Shown piece by piece: positions 1-12,256 of a stretch of 64,000 nucleotides of DNA. The position numbers and the translations under genes were made by a program. The DNA lies in contig NC_073390.1 in assembly GCF_028641065.1 (NCBI RefSeq), forward strand, positions 47,616,001 to 47,680,000. Reading direction: 5' to 3'. Position 1 is the stretch's first letter, and the number at the start of each line of letters is the position of its first letter. This DNA is from Leucoraja erinacea (lineage: Eukaryota). Below the pieces are notes generated by a model, which saw only the letters and a program-made list of their open reading frames with translations, was not told where the DNA came from and ran no database searches.

Positions 1-699
1 TATGTCCCTTGGAAAGAATTCCAATGATTCTCTACTCTTTCTCAGCGAGAGTAGTTGATCACCCCCCACATAATTTGAGACCCTCATCTATGATTCTAGA
101 CACCCTAGCGAGAGAAAATAAATACCTTAATTCTGTATACACTATCTAAACAAAATGATTAATGGTGACATGCAGCAGAGTCCCTGGACGTGGAGGAACC
201 TGGGTGATGATTTGCAAACGGCTAGTATGCAGGTTACAAATAATTAGGAAAGCTGGCAGTTTTTATTGCTAGTGTTATTGAGAAGTAGGGACGTTTTACA
301 TTACTTACAGGGGCAGTGTGAGACCATATCTGGAGCAATCTGGCTTTTAATGCAATGGAAGACTTGCAGGGGTTTACTAAATTAATACATAGTCTGGGCC
401 TACATCTGCTAGAGTTTAGAACAATGAGGGGAGACGTGATTGAAATCTGAGCCTGAGGGCGTTTTGACAGGATGGGTTCAGTGAGGCTGCTTCCTCTTCT
501 GCGTGAATGTGAAGCAAGGGATCACAAATTAAAAAATCACAAGAGATGTTGCCATTTAAGAAAGTTATTTTTAAAGTGGGGGGCGGTTGCGTCTTTGTAG
601 CTCCGTTTCCTCTGCATTTTAAGGCGGAGGTGGAGACTTGAAAAGCAAGAGGGTGGAAAGGATCTTTGGTGGAAAGATTACTGCGACTGCATACGAATA

Positions 700-1090
700 T
701 TTTATTGTCGCATGTGACTAGGCACAGTGAGAATGATTCTTTGCTTGCATACACAATGTATACAAATAGCAGCCACCTGCGGCGCTGACAAAGTACAAAG
801 CAGGCCGGGTCCCTATTGCCCTTTGTCCCTCTCTCCCCCCAAATTGTCTATTGTCCACCCCCATCACGGTGGTCCTCCAGGCTCTCGTCGACCCGCGAAG
901 CATCACCGCCGCCGAGGCCGCCTCACCGCTGTCGACGCCCCACTTCACGCCTCCGTGGTGCTGCCCCAGGCCCCGTCGGCCGCTTCATCCGACCCCGGCT
1001 TCTACGCGGCGATCCGGGAGGCATCGAGACGGATAAAGGCATCCGGCCGCGTTCCCAGTCCACAGCCGCGGCGCCGACATAGGAATGCGG
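700..1090 (-). mobile_element. Unclassified GC/CpG-rich SINE-like retroposon with a LINE-type 3' tail
   Basis: The minus strand ends in ...cactgtgcctagtcacatgcgacaataaaa, resembling the LINE tail at ~9600-9640 (cactgtacctcggtacatgtgacaataa). The body is CpG-rich and its ORFs are not recognisable. Confidence 0.5.
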
Positions 1091-1254
1091 TGTTGAAGTT
1101 ATCTTGTTTTATGGCGGAGCTAATTTAAGGGGCCGAGAGACCTGTTCGAACACCAATTCGCGTGTTCATATTTTCAACCCGCGTGAATTTTTACAAGCTT
1201 TTTGATGTACAATTTTAAAATAGCTAATTAGTAGAGATGAAACTATTTGATTCT

Positions 1255-1402
1255 GGAGGTTAGGGCTCTTACAGATAGCGGAGTCGGGGGATATGGGGAG
1301 AAGGCAGGAACAGGGTACTGATTGGGGGTGATCAGCCATGATCACATTTGAATGGCGGTGCTGGCTCGAAGGGCCAAATGGCCTACTCCTGCACCTATTG
1401 TT
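1255..1402 (+). mobile_element. CR1 LINE 3' end fragment
   Basis: gggggatatggggagaaggcagg...aatggcctactcctgcacctattg tail, shared with many copies in the window. Confidence 0.8.
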
Positions 1403-1446
1403 TATTGATACACAATCAATATATGGAATAAGCCTTGCCCACAACA

Positions 1447-2038
1447 TGTGAATATTATCTGAATGGTGGCCGATTAGGACAGGGGGAGATGCAACGAGAC
1501 CTGGGTGTCATGGTCCACCAGTCATTAAAAGTAGGCATGCAGGTGCAGCAGGCCGTGAAGAAGGCGAATGGTATGTTAGCATTCATAGCAAAAGGATTTG
1601 AGTTTAGGAGCAGGGAGGTTCTACTGCAGTTGTACAGGGTCTTGGTGAGACCACACCTGGAGTATTGCGTACAGTTTTCGTCTCCATATCTGAGGAAAGA
1701 CATTCTTGCCATAGAGGGAGTACAGAGAAGGTTCACCAGACTGATTCCTGGGATGGCAGGACTTTCATATGAAGAAAGACTGGATAGACTCGGCTTGTAC
1801 TCGCTAGAATTTAGAAGATTGAGGGGGGATCTTATAGAAACGTACAAAATTTTTAAGGGGTTGGACAGGCTAGATGCAGGAAGATTGTTTCTGATGTTGG
1901 GGAAGTCCAGAACAAGGGGTCACAGTTTAAGGATAAGGGGGAAATCTTTTACGACCGAGATGAGGAAAACATTTTTCACACAGAGAGTGGTGAATCTGTG
2001 GAATTCTCTGCCACAGAAGGTAGTTGAGGCCAGTTCGG
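1447..2038 (+). mobile_element. CR1 LINE ORF2 C-terminal fragment
   Basis: ORF 1435..2052 contains LVRPHLEYCVQF, RRLRGDLIETYK and RVVNLWNSLP, which are typical CR1 ORF2 motifs. Confidence 0.92.
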
Positions 2039-2109
2039 TGTCTTCTACCTGAAGATGTGTTGGCATGACCAGTTTAGAGGCCCAGCGGTTTGACATTGAA
2101 GTGTCCGGA

Positions 2110-2440
2110 GGTGAAACATCGCCTATCCAAGTTCACCAGAGATGCTGCCAGAGCCCCTGAGTTAATCCAGCACTTTGTGTCTTTTTTTTTGGTAAACCAG
2201 CATCTGCATTTCATTGTGTAAACTTAAACCGAAGATAGACCCAAAAAGCTGTAGTAACTCAGCGGGACAGGCAGCATCTCCGGAGAGAAGGGATGGGTGA
2301 CATTTCGGGTCGAGGAAAGGTTTCGACCCAAAACATCACCCATTCCTTCTCTCCAGAGATACTGCCCCAAAGATCCGCTCTATGATCTTTGATGCTGCCT
2401 GTCCCGCTGAGTTACTCCAGCTTTTTGTGTCTTATCTGCA
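2110..2440. mobile_element. Penelope-terminus-derived palindromic elements (cluster)
   Basis: Inverted copies of gtaactcagcgggacaggcagcatc...gggtcga / tcgacccaaaacatcacc...gatgctgcctgtcccgctgagttac. Confidence 0.7.
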
Positions 2441-2586
2441 GATCATTTGTTTCTACACTGACGTTTTAAGCTGGGAAGAAAACAGGCCGTTGTCGCTCAA
2501 TATTAACATTAAACACGGATGTTCAAAGAACAATGATTGCAGAAAACACAAATTAACTTACAAACTTAGAGAGCGCTTTGAGGATT

Positions 2587-2617
<31 letters not shown>

Positions 2618-2779
2618 AGAAAATATTGAATTTCATGCAATTTTAAGACGGTGTCTGCGCCAAGAAAGCCTGTAGAGGCCTCTCTGCATTTTTACCCCAA
2701 TCTGTTCCCTACTTTCTGGATAATTAATGGATCATTAGCGAGAAAGGTTTTTATTATAAATGGTGAATTAAAATGCAAA

Positions 2780-3133
2780 CGACGAGAACGACAACGACAA
2801 CCGGGTGGCGGGGTGCGCCTCGCTTGCAACGTCCCCTGCAACTGAAATGTAACTTTGTATCCGGGAGTGGCAGCATTAGGAGCGCCGCTCCGTTTGCCGC
2901 GCTCCTCGCCTTTGTTTGCTGCCCACAGTTAAGTTCAGCGCTTTTCGGATTCAAATCTTTGCACCAGGCTCCGCTATTCGCTGCTTTTTGAAATAAAAGG
3001 GGGGTATTTTTCCAGACATGCGCGCTGCCAAACGAATTGGGAGTTGCAGAGTTGGCGAGGCGGACATGGTTCATTGCGATTCCCCGGCGTTTGCAGCCCA
3101 GACCCCGAGGGCGCCGCGCTTTCCTCCTGCACG
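2780..3133 (+). promoter_or_regulatory. TRIM59: CpG-rich promoter and probable non-coding first exon of TRIM59
   Basis: Non-repeat CpG-rich island; CHR-like TTCAAA at 2950..2955 and TTTGAA at 2987..2992; strong donor ACG|GTGAGT after 3133; nearest downstream + strand gene is TRIM59. Confidence 0.55.
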
Positions 3134-3419
3134 GTGAGTGATCTATCTATTGTTCATCTCTCTACCTCGTGGCGGCTTCCACCTCGCTCTGCTGCCCAGA
3201 TCTGCTCATTTCCACACCCGCTCAAACTTTGCAGGCATTCGTTTTCGGGAACCCCGAGCCGAGCGTTTACCAATGAAGTGCTTTCCATTCGTTGGTAAAC
3301 GTGCGTAGGCGAATATTTTGGAGAGGTGAACTCGCGACAACGGGAATCCCTAATTAGACTGCAAATAAATCGCAAAGCACTCTGCATGACCCATTCGTTA
3401 TCGCGCCTATCCAAAGGAT

Positions 3420-3810
3420 TGTCAGATTCAGATTCTTCGGCCCAACATGCCCCATGTATACTAGTCTCACCTGCCCGCCCTGGGCCCATAAACCTCTAGA
3501 CCTATCTTATCAATGTACCTGCCCATATGTCTCTTAAACGTTATGATAGTACCTGCCTCAACTACCCCCATCTGGCAGCTTGTTCCATATATCCACCACC
3601 CTTTGACTAAACAAAAGTTACCCCTTGTGTTTCTATTAGATGTTCCCCTCACCTTAAACCTATGTCCTGTTGTTATCTTCAAAATATTCGGTGCATTCAG
3701 CCTATCTATTCCTCCCAGATTGTTGTACACCTCTATAAGATCACCCCCCCCTCCATATTCCTGTGTTCTAAGGAATAAAGCCCTAGCCTGCTCAATTTTT
3801 CTCTACAGAT
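3420..3810 (-). mobile_element. CR1 LINE 3' fragment
   Basis: Reverse-strand CR1 tail and degenerate ORF2 end (TTGHRFKVRG...RGNF). Confidence 0.75.
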
Positions 3811-4359
3811 CAGGCCCTCGAGCCCTGAGAGAGGGAGAGATCTTGCTACCTCTAGAACAACCATAACTGTGTTTTATAAACAAATGCTTCTGGCTAACCT
3901 AGAATTTGTGGACAAAACAAAACTGAGGTGACTGATGAAATCTTTTCTCAACCATTGTTTTAAAGGCTGTAATCCAGGGTGTAACTATGGGCATTGTTAC
4001 GAATGACAACACGAGAACCTGGACCTCTACTTAATATTGTTACATTTTTGGAAATAGAAAGAGGCCCAAGATCGACAGTGCGTTTTCAACATTCTCTGTT
4101 TTTATTTCATATTTCAAGCTTCTACAGTTTTTTTGATTTTCATGTATTCTTGTGTTTTTTTTATATACCTAGCACATGGTGACATAGAAATATTACGAAG
4201 TACAATGAACGATTTGTCAAATTATTGTGGGCTGTGGTTGTGAATCAGCTGGTTGGTGAATGACCCCTGAGCAATCTTCCCTGACATCCTGTCCCCAACT
4301 CACTTGCAGGTAAGCGTAATGTTGATACTTGCTCCTCCCAGAATTGTGGAAGACTAAAG

Positions 4360-4932
4360 CAGTGGCAGCAATGAAATTCTTACTTGCAGCAGCACAACAG
4401 AATATGTAAACATAGTACACTGTAAACAATATAGTAAACGAGAGAGAAAAAATCAGTGTGTGTAGATATACACGACTCATAAATACNNNNNNNNNNNNNN
4501 NNNNNNNNNNNNNNNNNNNNNNNNNNNNNNNNNNNNNNNNNNNNNNNNNNNNNNNNNNNNNNNNNNNNNNNNNNNNNNNNNNNNNNNNNNNNNNNNNNNN
4601 NNNNNNNNNNNNNNNNNNNNNNNNNNNNNNNNNNNNNNNNNNNNNNNNNNNNNNNNNNNNAATAACAATAATAGTCTCTATAGTACAGAGCTTATTTGAG
4701 GTTGTTGTGCTTAACAGCATCATGGCTGTAGAGAAGAAGCTGTTCCTGAACCTGGACGTTACAGTTTTCAGGCTCCTGTACCTTCTTCCCGATGGCAGGG
4801 GTGAAATGAGTGCGTGGCCAGGGTGGTGTGCGTCTGATGATGCTGGCTGCCTTTTTGAGGCAGCGATTCCAGTAAATCCCTTCGATGGAGGGGAGATCAG
4901 AGCCGGTGATGGACTGGGCAGTGTTCACCATC
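4360..4932 (-). mobile_element. Rex1/L2-like LINE 3' fragment (spans the gap)
   Basis: Minus-strand TAQSITGSDLPSIEGIY..RCLKKAASII, homologous to the copy at 21800..22660. Confidence 0.8.
4487..4660. other. Assembly gap (N run)
   Basis: Run of n characters inside a LINE tail. Confidence 1.
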
Positions 4933-5271
4933 CTTTATGGAAAATATATAACCATTCATAGACATAGATCATGGAAAGGTACAGCACAGGAATAAGCCCT
5001 TCAGCCCATAATGTCTGTGACAAACACAATGCCAAGCTAAATTAATCTCATCTGCCTGCATGTGACCATATCCCTCCATATCAATGTGCCTATCTGAAAG
5101 CCACTTTCTTATCTGCCTCCACCACTATGTTCCAGGCACCCACCATCCTCTGCATAAAATAACTTGCCCCATTTACCTTAAAGTTATGTCCTCTAATCTT
5201 TGATAAAAAGGTTCTCACTGTCTATCCTCTCTATGTCTTCACTAATTTTAAATTCTGGAACAACCAACACA

Positions 5272-5785
5272 ACAGAGGGAGTACAGAGAAGGTTCAGAGA
5301 AGATTCCTGGGATGGCAGGACTTTCAAATGAAGAAAGACTGGATAGATTTGGCTTGTACTCGTTAGAATTTAGAAGATTGAGGGGGGGATCTTATACAGG
5401 TAGTAACTTACAAAATTCTTAAGCGGGTGGACAGGCTAGATGCAAGAAGATTGTTCCCGATGTTGGGGAAGTCCAGAACAAGGGGTCACAGTTTAAGGAT
5501 AAGGGGGAAGTATTTTAGGACCGGGATGAGAAAAAAAAAAAAATCACACAGAAAGTGGTGAATCTGTGGAATTCCCTGCCACAGAAAGTAGTTGAGGCCA
5601 GTTCATTGGCTATATTTAAGAGGGAGTTAGATGTGGCCCTTGTGGCTAGAGGGATCAGGGGGTATGGGGGGAAGGCAGGTACAGGATACTGAGTTGGATG
5701 ATCAGCCATGATCATATTGAATGGCGGTGCAGGCTCGAAGGGCTGAATGGACTACTCCTGCACCTATTTTCTATGTTTCTATGTA
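5272..5785 (+). mobile_element. CR1 LINE 3' fragment
   Basis: Near-identical to 1715..2036, followed by the CR1 tail ending in ctatgtttctatgt. Confidence 0.9.
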
Positions 5786-8369
5786 ACAGTACTAAGGAAG
5801 TGTCTTCACCAAAGGGATTGCAGCAATTCATGTGGATCTCATCATAATCTTCTGAAGGGTGACTAGAATGGACACCACCCTTGTCAGTGGTGCCCAAAGT
5901 TCACTCACTGAATAAAAGGTTTCACGATAGTATTTTTATTTTATTTTTGCCTGTTTGTAACAATAATGCTACAGAACACTTTGATTTCAACAGACACTAA
6001 ATCAAATGAGCAGTTATGGAGCTGTAGGCCAGGAATTTATGTAGTTCAATAGATTAAAAATATATACCATTCTGTTATACCATTCTGGCATTCAAGATGC
6101 TTTCAACCTGCACATTCTGTCAATACAAAGTTGTGTTCTCATAATTTCTGCAACGCTGTTACTTTTCAAATCCACCATCTCACTCTCTTCTGGAATCACA
6201 TTCAGTGTGGAGATTCTCATGTTACTTTTCCACTCCATCCAACAATGCTGAAGAATAAAACTTCCCATATTGAATCTGCTTAACGATTTCTTTACCTATC
6301 TTTGTCAGATGTCAGGGGCAAGGCCAGAGTCGTGTCCCGTGGACTCGGCCCACTTTCTCCTCTGTCAAGGAAAGCAGTGAAACAATGCCACTGCTATATT
6401 CATTACGGAAACACAAACTATGCCAATAATTGCTACAAATATTTTTTTTCCTGTATTCTTAAAAAAATGTGCTTGTCACTTTTCATCGGGAGAGAATTGT
6501 GTATAAATATCCTGTGATATTTTTGAAGTCCACATCTTTGAAATGCATAATTAGGAATAAGGGATGAAATAGAATTACAAATGACCAAGGAATAGATGAC
6601 ATTTCAAATCGAGATGCTTCATCAGACTGAATCTCCCTGACTTTTAATCTGATGAAGGACCTCGACCCGAAACATCACCTTTTCCTTTTCTCCAGAGATG
6701 CTGCCTGACCCAGCATTTTGTGTCTATCGTCGGTGTAAACCAGCATCTGTAGTTCCTTCTTACATACAATTGACCAGGGCTTTTATTAAATTTAGAACCA
6801 CCAGTATATGTCTGTTGTTATCAAAGGATTTCCTAGGAAAACAGTTCAACTGGTTGCCAGGTTAAAGTTTCCTAACAAATTGTGGTGTGCCTTCTCTTCT
6901 TAACTTGGCTATAACGTCGATTATATTTCGAAGTGGCAACATTTAAGCTAAGGGAGGCTCCTGAACACTCTTGATGTTTTTACAAAGCTCCTTTGTATTT
7001 GTATAAAGGCAGATTTCAACATAATTGTATTTGTAGTTGAATCTAGGCCAGCAGATAACAAGCAGCTTCTCAAGAACCAGAAATAATTATTTGCTATTAT
7101 TTCCCTGTGAATTTGCCCTCAGTCACCATTACTCGGCTTAAATTTCAAATCTCATGAAACCAAATCTGAGCCCACTTGGTAAAACTGATAATTGTATACT
7201 GATTATATTTTCCAGACACAGATTTTCTGACTACATAACACTGTGTGAGTCCTTATAGATTTGGGGACAGAATTTCTCCAATAACATTTATTGCTGCACA
7301 CACAAAACTAATCTTTCATGTCATAAAAGCAATGGTGTAGAAAATGATACTGATAAATTGCACCTGAGTTACTGCTTTAGGTAGCACATTGCTTTGGAAC
7401 AGCAGGTGTCAAAAACATATTAATTTAAATTCCCCAAATGATTCTATAAGTGACTGCAGATTGGAACAAATTAATGTTATATTGATCTCGTGGTGATGCT
7501 GTATCACTTTTCAATGCACGTATGATTAGAGGTTGACTTCAATAAGTGCAGGACAATATCCTTTTACATGTTAAATAAAACATACGGGAGAAAAACAGGA
7601 CTTGGTGTCATTGATCTGTGCTGGTGTTTATGGTTCATACATGCCAAATACACAACTATAGAAGTTAGATAATGACAGACTTGGCCTCAGCTGTTTTTCC
7701 TGCTTTGGTCCAAAAGCCTTGACTGATTTATAGCATGGGTACATGAGAAATTGCGGACGCTGGAATCTTGAGCAAAATATAGTGCTGGAGGAACTCAGGA
7801 GGGTAAAACAACAACTAGGGAGGGAAGGAATGGCCAGACGACATTTCAGGTCAGGACCATTCTCCGAACTGACCAGAAATGTCAACTGTCCATTCCCTCC
7901 ACAGATGCTTCCTGACCTGATTAATGCCACCAACACTTTGCGTTTTGCTGGGTTTATGAAATAGTTACTAATGGAATTGTGAGGGGTTAATACTTTAAAC
8001 TAGATACATTCAGTTTGGAAAATGTACAAATTATTATTTTATAAAATCATAGAAATAGTTTCAATGTAATTTTGTAGAACCCACAACGGAATCTTGCAAT
8101 AGGCACATATACATGAGTTGATAAATCTGGGTTAAAAGCTCCTCTTGTTAAAATGGTTAACATAGAATAGATTAATTAGTTCCACTAAGTCAAGTCAAGT
8201 CACATTTATTTATATAGCACATTTAAAAAACAACTCTCGTTGGCCAAATAGCTTTACATTTGTTGTAAGAATAGTATAAATAAACAAACTACATACATAT
8301 ATACATATAGCCCTCGCTCAGTGGACGTCAAGAAAGGCTAAAGGTCATCTCATATGATATGGAACTTAT

Positions 8370-8570
8370 TAGAAACATAGAAAATAGGTGCAGGAGTAGG
8401 CCATTCGGCTCTTCGAGCCTGCACCGCCATTCAATATCATGGCTGATCATCCAACTCAATATCCTGTACCTGCCTTCTCTTCATACCCCCTGATCCCTTT
8501 AGCCACAAGGGCCACATCTAACTCCTCTTAAATATAGCCAATGAACTGGCCTCAGCTACCTTCTGTGCCA
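8370..8570 (-). mobile_element. CR1 LINE 3' tail
   Basis: Reverse complement of the 5580..5785 tail. Confidence 0.88.
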
Positions 8571-10369
8571 TACAACTTACAGGCCTGAGTTGCCCACTAT
8601 CTTTGTCATTGATAAAGCATTATACATAATATACATACATAATAATTCAAATTAAAAAAAAATAGGGAAAGCTTGTATTTCTGCTTACTTTGAGGTAATA
8701 ATTGTAATTTACAAATATCAAGGTATCTTCAAATGTGATTTGTCTCTATGATGTGCCTTTCCATAAGTACATATGTTGCAGTATGGATCCGTGGGCTAGT
8801 TTGATTTGTATTTCAGTCTGTTACAAAATAGTTGCTGTGCAACATTGTCCTTATGACACTTTAGTGGGGTATTTAATAATAATACATTTTATTTGTATAG
8901 CGCTTTTCAAGGATTCAAAGTCGCTTAATTTATTGCATAACTTGCATCATAAAATATCTTCAATATCCCTTTCAGAATGTCCCTAAGGGACCCGAGGGGT
9001 AATTTCTTCACGCAGAGGGTGATAGGTATATGGGACATGCGGCCAAGTGAACCAAGGGGGTGGTGTGTTAGCAAAATTTGGACAGGTACTTTGACAGGAA
9101 GGATTCAGAGGGATAGGGAGGGTTCCGAAAGATTCGTGCCAAATGCAGGCAAATTGGACTAACTCAGTTATAAAACCTAGTCAGCATGGGCAAGTTGGTC
9201 TGAAGGCTTTGCTTACATGCTGTATGATTCATAAAAGCGTGCACCACCAGACCAGCTTCTACCCCCTTAGTATTAGGCTTCTGAATGGGGCATTGCCCAA
9301 TTCACTCAACCCAATTGTGGATATTGAACTTTGTCAATGGAACTGATGCGCAACAATGTTAAGAATTATATTCTGAACTGTATTTGCCCAGTTGCTCTTT
9401 CGTACTCGAGTTTGACATAGTCATAGAGTTATACAGTGTGGAAACAGACCCTTTGGCCCAACTTGCCCACACCTGCCAACATGTCACAGCTACACTAGAC
9501 CCACCTGCCTGCATTTGGTCCATAGCCCTCCAAACCTGTCTTATCCATGTAGGACATGATTCTCTCTGTTGTCTGATCTGTTCGGTAGCATGCAAAACAA
9601 AGCTTTTCACTGTACCTCGGTACATGTGACAATAATAAACCTAAACCGTTACAGCTAATGAACTACTTTTTAAAGTGTAATGTAAAAATATAGCAGCCTG
9701 TCTGTAGAAAACTCCAAGAAATAGCAGTTGGGCAGATTATCGATTGGTCCATGTATCAGAAGGAACTGCAGGCACTGGTTTACACCACAGATAGGCACAA
9801 CATGTTGAAGTAACATAGCCGGTCAGGCAGCATCTCTGGAGAAAAGGAGTAGGTGACGTTTTTGGTTAAACCCTTTCTGCAGATCATGATCAGTCCATGT
9901 TTAATATTGTTGATGAATGGACATTGACAACCAAATACAAGAGACATATCATCCAAACCAATGGTTGTACGCTGTTCTTGGGCTAGATGGGGTATGGGAG
10001 TGAGGCAGCAGCTTTGAACTAGAAGTGAAATTTCACTTTAGATCAAACATGCTATTTGTCTATTCTCTTTTGTGGTTTATTGCAACATAACCATGCGCAC
10101 GTTTCAGTTATGTATAGAAGAATTGGTGCAAATTAATGGAATGTTGAATTGGGATGAAATTGAGATAAGGATCAGAAATCGCATGCCCTTGCTAGCGTGG
10201 GTTACACCCGTGCCAGCTAGATAGAAAAGGGCCTGATGGTCTGTATGGAGGTTTAAAGAGTTAAAAAATGATAAGCTCCGAGGTGGTAATTTCCACATTC
10301 TCTACAGTCAGCAAGAAAGGTATAGAAGATGCAGAAATGTAAAGTGTACTTCAGACACCTGTTATAGCT

Positions 10370-10555
10370 TTTACGAAGGAACTGCAGATGCTGGAAAATC
10401 GAAGGTATACAAAAATGCTGGCGAAACTCAGCGGGTGCAGCAGCATCTATGGAGCGACGGAAATAGGCAACGTTTCGGGACGAAACGTTGCCTATTTCCT
10501 TCGCTCCATAGATGCTGCTGCACCTGCTGAGTTTCTCAAGCATTTTTATATACCT
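10370..10555. mobile_element. Palindromic Penelope-derived mini-element
   Basis: Inverted arms around ggcaacgtttcgggacgaaacgttgcc; flanked by acct(g/a)ttatagct at 10357..10369 and 10552..10564. Confidence 0.8.
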
Positions 10556-12256
10556 ATTATAGCTGATGCATAGGAATCCCATTTTCCTAGGTTTGGGTGG
10601 GGGGGGAGCGGAGGGGGTGCAATTCTGGATTTAGCACTAAGAACTGAAGCTGGGTAAAGTGACAACATCAGAGACATGGCACTTTTACTTTAGACTTTGG
10701 TGAGATTTAGCGTTGTTTTGAAAGAGAACAATGGCGTAATGGGTCCGAGTTGGAGACAGCTTACTTGGTTTACTGTAGAGTGGGATTAGCTATTGGAAGT
10801 TAAATCCATCCCAGAGCAAAGGGTGGGATTCAAGAATACTTGGGCTGTTTAGGGCAGATATTCCCACAAGGTGGAGCTGCCATATGGAGAGGTATGGTAA
10901 GGCTATACAAACGTATGTGAGATGCCAAAAATTGAACGCAGTGGAAAGCCAAATAGGATGTTTGAATGTATAGAAATGAAACGAACAGAAATGAAGTAGA
11001 GTATTATGCACAATATAAAATCCAAGGAGATTTTAATGTGTGTGCACAAATTGCATGAGAATAATCATTAGAGATTAAAAACAGTAACCTGAAGGTGGAG
11101 GGTATGGATAATGAACAGTCTGCAGTTGTCTTTAAGAGGATGCTAGTGCTGCAGTTGAGGATGAGCATGAAATACTGAATGGGATAATGATGGTAACATA
11201 TAAAGGAATGTTGGAAGATTAGGAAGGAATAGATAACCCAGCCTATTAAGCAGAAATATGGCAAATTATATTTAGCCCCAGGAATCGGTGCTGGGGTGCT
11301 TGCTGTTTGTAATATGGGAATTATTTGAATATTAATGTAGGGGACATGATCTGGAAATGTGAAAGATTGCTGGAGTTGTTGACAGTGTGGAGATGGTGGC
11401 AAGACAGAGTTTAATCCTGATCAACGTGTGGTGATGCATTTCAGGAGTATTAATGAGGTTTGTGCATACACCATGAATGGCATGGTCTTCATTGCCTTAG
11501 CTTGTTGGTTGATAAAATAGGACTAGGACTTGCATTTGTAAAATGCTCTTCACAACCCCGTCAAATCAGAAACGGAGGAAATGTCTCATTTATTTCAAAC
11601 AAGGAATTGCAAATAAGTGAGCGGTGATAGACACAAAACAGCTGGAGTAACTCAGTGGGACAAACAGCATCTCTGGAGAGAAGGAATGGGCGACGTTTTG
11701 GGTGGAGACCCTTCAGTGAGTGGTGATCCTCGAGTTCACACTCTGGCTACCAATGGCTCAGTGAGGATTTTAATCATGATTACGTTATTGTTATGCAGGA
11801 GATTTAAAACTACACGGTATTAAACTTCATGTAGCCAGAATAGTTTCTCCTTTGTTTCTCTTTGTTTCTGCATGTTTATGTTGATTTTAAAAATCTTCCT
11901 CCGAAATGCTAATTGTCTTTTGTTTCACTGGGGTGTGTGGCAAACTGCAGTTACTTTTCACTCGATTCGTAAACCTATTTTTGAGGGAATTTAAATTGTC
12001 GCCTTGATAAACTTTCAGAAAATTCTTTCAGCCTCGCCCTCATTAGCATCCGTCATCTTGCAAACATCTTTCCTGTGACCCACTTAGTGATGATAGAGTT
12101 TTGGCTTTAACCTTCTTAAAAGTTTGAACGAATTGTCATTCATTTCTGTTCTCATTGGCTTATTTTTCCTTCTGGGAAATGCTTTGAGATGGGGAAGCTT
12201 ATGATTTTAATCACATCAGCTGCTGATGAGTTTTAATTCTTTAATTGCAGGTAAAT

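Noticed and set aside
4230-4309. Possible second non-coding TRIM59 exon (donor CAG|GTAAGC at 4309)
   Set aside because: No convincing acceptor could be assigned without transcript data.
4217-4961. ORFs containing X runs
   Set aside because: Artefacts of the N gap within a LINE tail.
10388-10573. Recurrent small ORF MLENRRYTKMLEKLSGCSSIYGAKEIGNVSG (also at 19030..19308 and 61910..62119) as a microprotein family
   Set aside because: It is the antisense translation of the Penelope terminal repeat.
12245-12256. ORF-track start (TTG, MQVN) for the TRIM protein
   Set aside because: It lies across the splice acceptor at 12250; the real start is ATG 12257.
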